Positions 50,029 through 58,347 of a stretch of DNA of 64,000 nt are shown here, one piece after another. A program made the translations under genes and the position numbers. This DNA comes from an uncultured Gammaproteobacteria bacterium (GTDB taxonomy: Bacteria > Patescibacteriota > Patescibacteriia > Magasanikbacterales > GWA2-37-8). Each line of letters starts with the position of its first letter. The stretch's first letter is position 1. The stretch lies in NCBI GenBank assembly GCA_964641245.1, contig CAZXML010000001.1, positions 127,959-191,958 of the forward strand, read 5' to 3'. The notes beneath the pieces are model-generated. The model had not been told where the DNA came from. It saw only the letters and a program-made list of their open reading frames with translations, and searched no databases.

Positions 50029-50973
50029 TTATTTAAAATTGCTTTTTCGTATAACATAATTCGGGCGATTAGCGACTTCGGTCTTAATAGTAGCAATATA
50101 CATTGCCACCAACCCTACACTGGCCATAATCAAACCAACTAAAAAAAGAATGAGAATGGCCAACTGAGCCGGACCCGTAAAGCTTGAAGCGTAACTATTT
50201 TCAAAAATATATTTGCCAATAAATATATACAAACCAAAGGAACCAAAAATGACGGTTATAAACAAACCAAGATATCCGACAACTTTTAACGGAAACAAAC
50301 TATGTGCAATAAAAGAGCTTAGAGCCAATTTAACCAGCTTAAGTCTACCGTAACTAGCCTCTCCGTTAGCGCGTTCATCGGCATCAAAATTTATATAATC
50401 ACGCTTAAAACCAAGCCAATCAATCAAGCCCCTGGTCATTCTATTATGTTCAGAGAATCGACGAAAAGCCACGACCACCTTTTTATCAAGTAAACGGAAA
50501 TCTGTGGCCTGGGGAGTGATTTTTGTCTCCCCAATTAAGTTCATGATTTTATAAAACACAGCCGAACCGAGCTTCTTTATTAAAGAATCACTTTTGCTTT
50601 TATTCCGAACACCTACCACTACTTCCGCGCCTTGTTGCCAGCGCTCAATAAATTCCGGAATTATCCTTACTGGATGTTGAAGATCGGCATCAATCATAAT
50701 TATTGCGTCACCATCGGCCATATCTAACCCGGCAGATGTCGCTGACTCTTTGCCGAAGTTTTTAGAAAATTGAATATATTTAACCCTCTTATTATCTTTT
50801 GCTAATTCTTCTAAAATACTACCAGAATTATCTGTACTGCCATCATCTATAAAAATAGTCTCCCAATTATATTTAGGTAAAGTCGCCATAACATCACTGA
50901 TATGGGCGTATATTAGTGGTATGTTAGACTCTTCGTTAAAAACTGGAACGAGTATTGAGATTTTTTTTGACAT
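50029..50973 (-). CDS. GtrB/DPM1-like polyprenol-phosphate glycosyltransferase (GT2)
   Basis: VPVFNEE, IDDGSTD, NFGKESA, DADLQHP, DFRLLD, two C-terminal TM. Confidence 0.92.
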   Translation of the reverse strand: MSKKISILVPVFNEESNIPLIYAHISDVMATLPKYNWETIFIDDGSTDNSGSILEELAKDNKRVKYIQFSKNFGKESATSAGLDMADGDAIIMIDADLQHPVRIIPEFIERWQQGAEVVVGVRNKSKSDSLIKKLGSAVFYKIMNLIGETKITPQATDFRLLDKKVVVAFRRFSEHNRMTRGLIDWLGFKRDYINFDADERANGEASYGRLKLVKLALSSFIAHSLFPLKVVGYLGLFITVIFGSFGLYIFIGKYIFENSYASSFTGPAQLAILILFLVGLIMASVGLVAMYIATIKTEVANRPNYVIRKSNFK

Positions 50974-52195
50974 ATACGATAAATAAAAATATCACTATTA
51001 ACACACTACCAAACAAGAAATTATTGATTATTGATCCAATACTGTCGTGGTTAAAGTATGAAAGGACCAAGACTGCCACTGAGCTGACAATAGAAATTGG
51101 CGCTAAAAAGTAACTGCGGAGCGCTTGGAAGTATGAGAAAAATAAATTAAGCACTGATACAACAAACAGCAAAAGGCTTAATTTAGGCAAATATGGTGCC
51201 AGGGCTAGGTACTTTGTTCCAATTAAAGAACGGACTATAATAGCAGGAAATGCCCAAAAAGTCAATAGTACTAGGCTACCAAGACAAAACACCAAAATAA
51301 AGGCTTTCTTTAGGATTTTTTTATTATTACTCTCCTCCCCCAATTTAATTGACGGCAGCAACACCCCGGCAACCGAAGCAGTAACAAAAAAGACTATGCG
51401 CGCTATCGTGGCGATACCACTATAAACACCGGCAATATCCGGTGGGAAATAGTGTTTTATAATTATTACATCCGCAGAATAGAAAAAGGTAATACAGAGG
51501 GTGGATATAAATATAAGAAGCCCGTATTTGAGCTCCTTTTTAATTCTACTGCTTATTTTAACTTTGCGACTATCAAACATTCCCCAATGATGCTTGGTTT
51601 TATAAAGCGCATACCCCAAAGCAACTATTTGGGCCAAAATCAAACCGGAAACAGCGCCAAAAGCCGAAAAACCAAGATACACCAAAGCGGTGGCAAACAT
51701 GACCCTACCGCCAGACATTATAATATTGGAAATAGACAAAGATTTGAAATCTTTCAATCCTTGCAGAATAGCCTGGCGAAAAGACAAAGAAAGGGTAAAA
51801 ATAAACAAAACCGCCAAGGCGATAAACGGATAAATAGAAGTAAAATTAAAAAATGTTTTTAATTGCGGACTAAAAATAACCACCAAAAAAGAAATAGACA
51901 AAATGATATAAAAACTAAACTTCTCAAGCATTAAGATTGCTTCCTTGTCTTTCTCCATCTCCGAAGCATTGGAAGCGATATTAATGACTATATTTCTAAA
52001 TACGCCGGTAAATATTGCAAGGATGAGCGAAAGAGATAATATCGCTTGCACCTCACCAAAGCTTTCTACGTCCATCATTCTCCCTAATACCGGATGAAAA
52101 AGGTAATTTAAAAAAGCTACCAGCATGGAGCCGATAAAAAAAATAAAGTTATGTTTGATAAATTGATCGGAGGAGATTCTCTTGATTATATTCAT
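50936..52195 (-). CDS. Wzx-like oligosaccharide flippase
   Basis: About 12 TM with the MOP-family pattern (D-VIIIKHYF, AGVYS, LLPS). Confidence 0.85.
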   Translation of the reverse strand: MNIIKRISSDQFIKHNFIFFIGSMLVAFLNYLFHPVLGRMMDVESFGEVQAILSLSLILAIFTGVFRNIVINIASNASEMEKDKEAILMLEKFSFYIILSISFLVVIFSPQLKTFFNFTSIYPFIALAVLFIFTLSLSFRQAILQGLKDFKSLSISNIIMSGGRVMFATALVYLGFSAFGAVSGLILAQIVALGYALYKTKHHWGMFDSRKVKISSRIKKELKYGLLIFISTLCITFFYSADVIIIKHYFPPDIAGVYSGIATIARIVFFVTASVAGVLLPSIKLGEESNNKKILKKAFILVFCLGSLVLLTFWAFPAIIVRSLIGTKYLALAPYLPKLSLLLFVVSVLNLFFSYFQALRSYFLAPISIVSSVAVLVLSYFNHDSIGSIINNFLFGSVLIVIFLFIVYVKKNLNTRSSF

Positions 52196-52274
52196 ACTTG
52201 ACTAGGTACTTTTGTTGTCATTATAGCAATAATTTATCGTAATGTATAGTAAATTACAGAAAAAATTATTTTCG

Positions 52275-53948
52275 TCAATTCCCGTCCAACCCCCTCGCCT
52301 CTTCTCTGCTCTCCACCAATCCCAACCGCACCAAACGCGCTTCTATTCCGCTTTTTTTACGGCCCAGGGTTTCGGCTATTATAGAAAGGAGTGTTTTTTT
52401 GGAAAAAAGTATTTTTAGAATTTCGTCTTGTTCTTCGGTCCACGAACGAAAAGCGTTAGGGTGTTTTTCGCGAATTTTGTCAAAACTGCGATCTTTGCCT
52501 TTATTTTTTTTCATGGGTATAGATCCCTCGTCGGCTAAGGCCTCGCTCGGGATGACAGCGGTGGGAGGGATGACAGATGGTGGGATAACAACAGTGCCAC
52601 TGCATGCTTTTACAAAATTGTTGTGCATTTTTTGTAATTCAGCGGGTGGAATTTCGGCAAAGGCGGTTAAGGCGGCTTCGGAGCTGGCGCGGAATACACC
52701 GTCTTCTTTTAAAACATCCGGATGAACCTGAAACGCGCGTTCGTTCCAGCCGAGCAGATGCAGGCCTTTTAGGCGACGAACGCGGGAAAGCGCCACATAA
52801 CCCTGGCCAAACTCAAAAACTCCGCTCAAGTCCACGACCGCTTCATCCAAACTCATCCCCTGGCTTTTGTGAACCGTAATTGCCCAGGCTAAACGCAGAG
52901 GCAATTGTGAAATTTTGGCGCGCGATTTTCCATTTTCGTCTATACTCCAATCCATTTTTTCTACGGTAATTTTCCGGCCGTCGTTGGTTTTTACAATCGG
53001 CATGCCGATATACTTATCAAAACTTTCCACCGTGCCCAGCGTGCCGTTTACATAACCCTCTTTAGGATTATTTTTGGTAAACATTATTTTTGCGCCTTCT
53101 TTTAAAACTAAATTATACGGAGAAAGACATCCTCTCTGCAATGTTTCCACCAACCCGGGAGCGCCCTTAGATGTCATGATGTATGTTACGGGGTGTCCGG
53201 AAAAAGTTTCCAACATGGCGTCATTGGTGCGGTCAACATTTATGTTATGCGTATAAAGTTTCACCGCTTTGTCCGGCGCGTCATCAGCCAAAATTTTTCG
53301 GCTTTCTAGTTGCGCTAAATGGTTTTCATTAAAATTATTGGAGCGGATTGCCGAAAGTAAATTTAAAAACTTACTGTCATCCTGACGATGCTGTTCGGTA
53401 AGATAACAAACCATTGGATTCGCTCTTTTCCAGGCCGGAGAATCATAGGCAAACCGCGCTATTGGAGTATTAAACATTTCAGTTTGATCATCCCGACTTG
53501 CTACGCTTTTCGTTATTGGTGGTAACTGAAAAAAATCCCCTACCAAAATAACCTGTAACCCGCCAAAGGCATCGTTGTTTTGTCTGATACTCCGGCACAC
53601 GGCCTCTACCATAGAAAAAGTATCGGGGCCGAGCATTGATACTTCGTCTATCACCAAAACTTTTGCGCGGCGAACGCGTTTAACCAAATATTCGGTAGAA
53701 GAAATTTTATCTAACTCATACCTATCCAAATACGGTTTGATTCCAATCCCACTCCACGAATGAATTGTCATCCCGCCAATATGAGTAGCCGCGATGCCCG
53801 TGGAAGCCGTAATGGAAGGCTCTATCCCCCGCGCGCGCAAATAATCCGCGTACTGATTTATAGTATGCGTCTTGCCCGCTCCCGGTTCTCCGGTTAAAAA
53901 AACATTGGCGCCGGTTTTAAGTATGTCCAGCGCTTCCTTCTGATTCAT
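52275..53948 (-). CDS. Pif1-like SF1B helicase with a small C-terminal helical domain
   Basis: TGEPGAGKT, ASTGIAA, IDEVSM, GDFFQLPP, QLPLRLAWAITVHKSQGMSL, GQGYVALSR. Confidence 0.92.
   Translation of the reverse strand: MNQKEALDILKTGANVFLTGEPGAGKTHTINQYADYLRARGIEPSITASTGIAATHIGGMTIHSWSGIGIKPYLDRYELDKISSTEYLVKRVRRAKVLVIDEVSMLGPDTFSMVEAVCRSIRQNNDAFGGLQVILVGDFFQLPPITKSVASRDDQTEMFNTPIARFAYDSPAWKRANPMVCYLTEQHRQDDSKFLNLLSAIRSNNFNENHLAQLESRKILADDAPDKAVKLYTHNINVDRTNDAMLETFSGHPVTYIMTSKGAPGLVETLQRGCLSPYNLVLKEGAKIMFTKNNPKEGYVNGTLGTVESFDKYIGMPIVKTNDGRKITVEKMDWSIDENGKSRAKISQLPLRLAWAITVHKSQGMSLDEAVVDLSGVFEFGQGYVALSRVRRLKGLHLLGWNERAFQVHPDVLKEDGVFRASSEAALTAFAEIPPAELQKMHNNFVKACSGTVVIPPSVIPPTAVIPSEALADEGSIPMKKNKGKDRSFDKIREKHPNAFRSWTEEQDEILKILFSKKTLLSIIAETLGRKKSGIEARLVRLGLVESREEARGLDGN
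52519..52590. repeat. GTCAT-family half element plus two degenerate end duplications, in frame in the Pif1 linker
   Basis: 52519-52558 is identical (40 bp) to 33195-33234; further GGGATGACAG at 52567 and GGGATAACA at 52582. Confidence 0.95.
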
Positions 53949-53988
53949 AAATATATAAATCTGAACTTATTTATAAGTTGCCGCTTTA

Positions 53989-54180
53989 TTATTCTCCCCA
54001 CGAAATTGCCTGGGTCGGGCAAGAATTAATTGCTGTTTCAATTGTGGCCTCATCGTCGCCAACCTCGTCTAAAACCAACGCTTTTGTGCTATCGTCGGTC
54101 ATTTTAAATGTTTTGGCGGCAATGGACGGACAAAGACTGCAACCGATGCACTTATCCGCGTCTACTTTTGGTATTTTCAT
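53989..54180 (-). CDS. ferredoxin (single cluster)
   Basis: CIGCSLC...CPTQAI, 63 aa. Confidence 0.92.
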   Translation of the reverse strand: MKIPKVDADKCIGCSLCPSIAAKTFKMTDDSTKALVLDEVGDDEATIETAINSCPTQAISWGE

Positions 54181-54184
54181 AAGC

Positions 54185-54262
54185 GAAATGAGTGAATAAA
54201 ATAGTTAGTTTACTAAAATATTTTTGAGCGAATGAGTTTATATGCGGCAAAGCCCCTATAAA
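54185..54262 (-). repeat. ~80-bp intergenic palindromic element, copy 2 (4 nt upstream of the ferredoxin ATG)
   Basis: Homologous to 25029-25109. Confidence 0.85.
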
Positions 54263-54263
54263 A

Positions 54264-54593
54264 TTATATTAAATGACTCAAAATATCCTCTTTTAATGTT
54301 TTGTCCAGATTGGCTTTTTTTTCTTCCGTTGTCGGAGGTGTATTACCGGCGGCCTCGGAAATTTTTTCCATTACCGTTCGTTTCTCTGCGCCCAAAATAA
54401 GATTATTGTTCACCAATAAGTTGGGCCCAAAATCACAACAGCCGAGACACCCGCAAAAATCTAAATCGTATTCGGCGTTTTTGTTGCCGACTTTGAGACC
54501 GGTCGATTGTTCTATTTCCTGCATAATACTTGCCGAACCTTTTTTAGCGCAGGAAGTATTAGAGCAAACACGTACTATTATTTGTTCATTCAT
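54264..54593 (-). CDS. thioredoxin-like [2Fe-2S] ferredoxin (NuoE-like)
   Basis: VCSNTSC...CLGCCDFGPN. Confidence 0.85.
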   Translation of the reverse strand: MNEQIIVRVCSNTSCAKKGSASIMQEIEQSTGLKVGNKNAEYDLDFCGCLGCCDFGPNLLVNNNLILGAEKRTVMEKISEAAGNTPPTTEEKKANLDKTLKEDILSHLI

Positions 54594-54598
54594 ATATA

Positions 54599-55795
54599 TT
54601 ATCTGGAAATTGAGCGTTGTTGAGCTACGATTAAAGGTAAATACTTCATTAAATAATCAATATCTTGTTTGGTATTGCAATGACCTAGAGTAAAACGTAA
54701 ACTACCGCGCGCTTGGTCCGTTGGCAGTCCCAATGCTTTTAAAACATGGGACGGCTCTAATGATTGAGCGGCGCAGGCCGAACCGGTGGAACACATAATT
54801 CCGTATTCATCCAAATACAACAACAAGGCCTCCCCTTCCGTTCCGGAAAAACTCACATTTAAATTATTGGCCAGTCTTTGTGAACCGATTTCCGGACCGT
54901 TTAATTTAACTTGAGGAACTTCTTTTTTAATTTTATCCCAAAGATATTTCACCAGACCAGCCAGTCGCTTTGATTCTTTTTCTTTGTTTAATTGAACCAA
55001 TTCCAGCGCTTTGGCCAGACCAACTATACCCGGAATATTTTCCGTGCCAGCGCGAAGTTTTCGTTCCTGATCGCCACCCAAAATTAACGGCTTGAGTGTC
55101 ACACCCCGTCGCGCGTAAAGCGCGCCCACGCCTTTTGGCCCGTAAATTTTACCGCCGTTTATGGTCATTAAATCCACATGAAGTTTTTCTACGTCTAAAT
55201 CCAGATAACCGGCCGCTTGGCACGCATCGGTATGAAAAAAAGGATAGACTGTTTTGTGTTCTTTGCGATATTGTAAAATCGCGCGCCCAATTTCCGCTAT
55301 TGGTTCAATGACGCCAATTTCGTTATTGGCATACATTATGGAAATTAAAACCGTGTCCGGACGGATAGCCTTAATTACATCTTCAACATTTACCACACCT
55401 TCACCATTCACCCGCACGTAAGTTATTTCCCAGCCCTGTTTTTTTAAATCTTCCAGAGGGTTAAGTACGGCGCTGTGTTCTATGGCAATGGAAATAATAT
55501 GCTTGCCGCGCTGTTTATGAGCGTTGGCAATTCCGAATAGCGCCATATTATCCGACTCGGTCCCGCTACCGGTAAAAATAATATTTTCAGGCAAGGCGCC
55601 AATTTGTTTGGCCACAATACGCCGACTTTCATTTAGCGCGTTATTGGCCTTTACACCTTCCTTATATAAAGAAGAAGGATTACCGTAAATTTTTGTAAAA
55701 TACGGTTGCATTGCCGAAAGAATCCGCGGATCCATATAAGTGGTAGCCGCGTGGTCTAAATAAACACTCTTAATTTTTTTTGGTTTTGGGAGCAC
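54599..55795 (-). CDS. iscS: cysteine desulfurase
   Basis: YLDHAATT, GNPSS, SGTES, MYANNEIG, HTDACQ, KIYGPKG, STGSAC. Confidence 0.93.
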   Translation of the reverse strand: MLPKPKKIKSVYLDHAATTYMDPRILSAMQPYFTKIYGNPSSLYKEGVKANNALNESRRIVAKQIGALPENIIFTGSGTESDNMALFGIANAHKQRGKHIISIAIEHSAVLNPLEDLKKQGWEITYVRVNGEGVVNVEDVIKAIRPDTVLISIMYANNEIGVIEPIAEIGRAILQYRKEHKTVYPFFHTDACQAAGYLDLDVEKLHVDLMTINGGKIYGPKGVGALYARRGVTLKPLILGGDQERKLRAGTENIPGIVGLAKALELVQLNKEKESKRLAGLVKYLWDKIKKEVPQVKLNGPEIGSQRLANNLNVSFSGTEGEALLLYLDEYGIMCSTGSACAAQSLEPSHVLKALGLPTDQARGSLRFTLGHCNTKQDIDYLMKYLPLIVAQQRSISR

Positions 55796-55797
55796 AC

Positions 55798-56187
55798 TTA
55801 AATTTTTACTTTCTGCATCATCTTAATCATTTCTTTGTTCAGTTTTGTGGTAATTTTTTGGACATTACAATTTTTATTTGCATTATTGCAGGCGCATTCA
55901 GTCTTACTCAAGCATGGAGTAATAACTAATTCACCTTCCATGATCTCAAAAACTTTATAAAGATTAAGTTTCTTTGCCGGCTTGATTAGACGGTAGCCGC
56001 CGTTTACCCCCTGTTCGGCTTCTATAATACCGGCCAGATTTAATTTACGGGCTATTTTTTGCAAAAACCAAAACGAAATTCCGGATTTTTTGGAAAAATC
56101 CCGAAGACTGACAAAGTTTGTATTCTTTGAATTTAGCGATTGCAGTAATTGGACCGCATAATCCGTTTCTCTTTTTAATGCGAACAT
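55798..56187 (-). CDS. Rrf2-family regulator (IscR-like)
   Basis: TDYA, GVNGGYRL and a C-terminal Cys cluster; directly upstream of iscS. Confidence 0.9.
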   Translation of the reverse strand: MFALKRETDYAVQLLQSLNSKNTNFVSLRDFSKKSGISFWFLQKIARKLNLAGIIEAEQGVNGGYRLIKPAKKLNLYKVFEIMEGELVITPCLSKTECACNNANKNCNVQKITTKLNKEMIKMMQKVKI

Positions 56188-56194
56188 AGATGTG

Positions 56195-56258
56195 AATTAG
56201 CAATTAACAACGAACAATGAGCAATCGATTGTTTCTTGTTAATTGTTAGTTGTTAATT
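56195..56258. repeat. inverted pair of 7-mer tandem arrays, intergenic
   Basis: AATTAGC AATTAAC AACGAAC AATGAGC AAT, then TTGTTTC TTGTTAA TTGTTAG TTGTTAA. Confidence 0.8.
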
Positions 56259-56261
56259 AAA

Positions 56262-56852
56262 CTAGAACGGAAGGGTCAAGTTTATATTCTTTTTTGCGGT
56301 AGAATTTTTGTTATCAGATTCGGGGTCAAAGTTGACGGCGAACGGAACAATTTCTCCGACTAAATTCTGATAAAATAACTGTTTGTTGTTCTTGCCGAAT
56401 TCGTAAATTTCTTTGGTTACTTTTACATCCTGTTCGCAATATTTTTTTATCTCGTCTATTTTTCCTTCCTTCCACCAGCGGATGGCCTGCAAACCGTCCG
56501 CGCTTTTTTCCATATCCAAAGTGGCCATGGCGATGGAATTTAATTTTAGGCGGATGCCAACACTTTCTTTTACCTTCTTCATGATATCCAAATGGCTGAT
56601 GACAGATAAATCTCCCAAATAATAATTATGTAAAATCGGTAGGTCAAAATGTTCGCTGTTGTAACCGATTATGCGGTCGGCTTTTTCCAGAATTGGCCAC
56701 AATTTATTTAATTCATTTTCTTCAAAACTGGTATATGTGTCGGTGACGTACTGATAAATGGAAACGCACGAAATTTTGAATTTCTTAAAATCATTATCCA
56801 CATCCGCAAATGTGTTTTGTGTTTCAATATCAAAAACTATTTCATTGAGCAT
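56262..56852 (-). CDS. RNase H-like DEDD 3'-5' exonuclease domain protein (YprB-like)
   Basis: FDIET, IGYNSEHFD, YCEQDV. Confidence 0.85.
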   Translation of the reverse strand: MLNEIVFDIETQNTFADVDNDFKKFKISCVSIYQYVTDTYTSFEENELNKLWPILEKADRIIGYNSEHFDLPILHNYYLGDLSVISHLDIMKKVKESVGIRLKLNSIAMATLDMEKSADGLQAIRWWKEGKIDEIKKYCEQDVKVTKEIYEFGKNNKQLFYQNLVGEIVPFAVNFDPESDNKNSTAKKNINLTLPF

Positions 56853-56891
56853 AAAAATAGATTACACGGATTTTTAACGGATTTCGCGGAT

Positions 56892-56971
56892 TTGTCATCC
56901 TGAATGAAATGAAGGATCTCTGTCTCAATCGCGAAATGGACAGAGATTCTTCGTTTTGCTCAGAATGACAA
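56892..56971. repeat. GTCAT-tagged paired palindromic element directly after the thiI stop
   Basis: TTGTCATCCTGAATGAAATGAAGGATCTCTGTC ... GACAGAGATTCTTCGTTTTGCTCAGAATGACAA. Confidence 0.9.
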
Positions 56972-58150
56972 CTAACACGGACTTACAGAACCACCGCTTA
57001 CATTATAAGAAATAACTTCGGTTTTATCGATTATGGATTCGTCAATCAGCCCTTCGTATTTTAAAACATCTTTTAGTCTGGCCTTTGTTTCCGGGTGCTT
57101 AGCCACAAATAAACTGCAACAATCTTCGTAAGGGCGGGCGGAAATATCCAGGGTGCCGATTTTACGGGCAAGATCTATTATATCTTTTTTATTTGTTCCT
57201 ATCAACGGTGACAGTTTTAACAATTCCGTGGCATTGGCAATAACGGCCATGTTCTCCAGAGTTTGCGAAGCCACCTGGCCTAAGCTATCGCCGTTTACTA
57301 ACGCCAGACAATGATTTTGGCGGGCAACTTTTTCGGCGATTTTATTAAATATCCGGCGCGTCACTATCATGCGGTATGGCGCCGGAACCTTCATAATAAT
57401 TTGTTTTTGAACTTCAGCAAACGAAACCATAAATAATTTTATCTCGGGCTGGTAGTTGGATAAAACTTTCGCCAAATCAAATATTTTTTCGCTTACCGCT
57501 TCGGTAACTTGAGTTTGATTTTGAAAATGAATCAGGCTTGCTTCCCCGCCCCGGCACATTATTTTGTATGCCGCCACCGGGCTGTCTATGCCGCCGGATA
57601 ACAAAGCCAGCACTTTGCCGGATGAACCTGCAGGCAATCCGCCGGCGGCGTTTTGCGTATTACCATAAATACAAGTTTCGGTTTTGCCGACGGAAATATG
57701 AATATTCAAATCCGGATTATTTAAAGAAACCTGCCAGTTATATTTTACGCGCGCGTATTCCCCGATTTCTTTGGCTATTTCGCCGGATGAAAGTGGGAAG
57801 TTTTTAAATGAACGTTCGGCGGAGATGCGGAAGGACAGCGCCTCGGCAACTCCCTCTCGCTCCCTCTTGGTAAGAGGGAGATTGTGACCGAACAATTCGT
57901 CTACTCCTTTTTTTATATCCTCAATCGTGGATTTTGTTTTTATAGCTTCGGAGTAATTGGCAAAACCTGGAATTAGGGATAATTGCGACATTTGCTCCGC
58001 CTGAATATTTTCCAGCCATAAGCCCCCCTCTACTCTGACAACCCGAACACCCGATAACAGATTTTCGAAATTATTCTTAAGATGACGATAAAAAAGGGGC
58101 TGATTAGAGCCCTTCAAGAATATCTCGTCTATGTGGATAATTACATTCAT
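56972..58150 (-). CDS. thiI: tRNA 4-thiouridine synthase (THUMP + PP-loop, no rhodanese domain)
   Basis: EIFLKG, GGLPAG, LSGGIDS, GDSLGQVASQT, PYEDCC. Confidence 0.93.
   Translation of the reverse strand: MNVIIHIDEIFLKGSNQPLFYRHLKNNFENLLSGVRVVRVEGGLWLENIQAEQMSQLSLIPGFANYSEAIKTKSTIEDIKKGVDELFGHNLPLTKREREGVAEALSFRISAERSFKNFPLSSGEIAKEIGEYARVKYNWQVSLNNPDLNIHISVGKTETCIYGNTQNAAGGLPAGSSGKVLALLSGGIDSPVAAYKIMCRGGEASLIHFQNQTQVTEAVSEKIFDLAKVLSNYQPEIKLFMVSFAEVQKQIIMKVPAPYRMIVTRRIFNKIAEKVARQNHCLALVNGDSLGQVASQTLENMAVIANATELLKLSPLIGTNKKDIIDLARKIGTLDISARPYEDCCSLFVAKHPETKARLKDVLKYEGLIDESIIDKTEVISYNVSGGSVSPC
57848..57880. repeat. CCCT/AGGG palindromic element in frame in thiI
   Basis: AACTCCCTCTCG followed by the hairpin CTCCCTCTT-GGT-AAGAGGGAG; same architecture as the WecG element. 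Confidence 0.8.
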
Positions 58151-58161
58151 AGCGTCTCAAA

Positions 58162-58228
58162 TGTCAAGCTGAATTTATTTCAGCATCTATAATGTCCGCG
58201 CAGATCCTGAAACAAGTTCAGGATGACA
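58162..58228. repeat. GTCAT-tagged paired palindromic element upstream of thiI
   Basis: TGTCAAGCTGAATTTATTTCAGCATCT ... AGATCCTGAAACAAGTTCAGGATGACA; same subfamily as 35639-35708. Confidence 0.9.
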
Positions 58229-58295
58229 ATCATACCTATTTAGTCTTATTTTATTTGTATTCTACAGTATTTTTGAAATTTGTAAAGCGCGGGTA

Positions 58296-58324
58296 TTGAC
58301 TTTTAAACCAAATCCGAGTAGCAT
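58296..58324 (+). promoter_or_regulatory. sigma70 promoter of the orphan two-gene cassette
   Basis: TTGACT-17 bp-TAGCAT, followed by an AAGGAGGT SD. Confidence 0.7.
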
Positions 58325-58347
58325 AAATTTAACAAAGGAGGTGGCGC

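Noticed and set aside
56859-56893. CGGATTT short repeats next to the REP element
   Set aside because: Only three irregularly spaced units and no second locus in the window, so too weak to call.
33127-58228. Repeats as a CRISPR array or integron attC cassettes
   Set aside because: Copies are dispersed rather than regularly spaced with unique spacers. There are no cas genes, and the elements lack consistent RYYYAAC/GTTRRRY ends.
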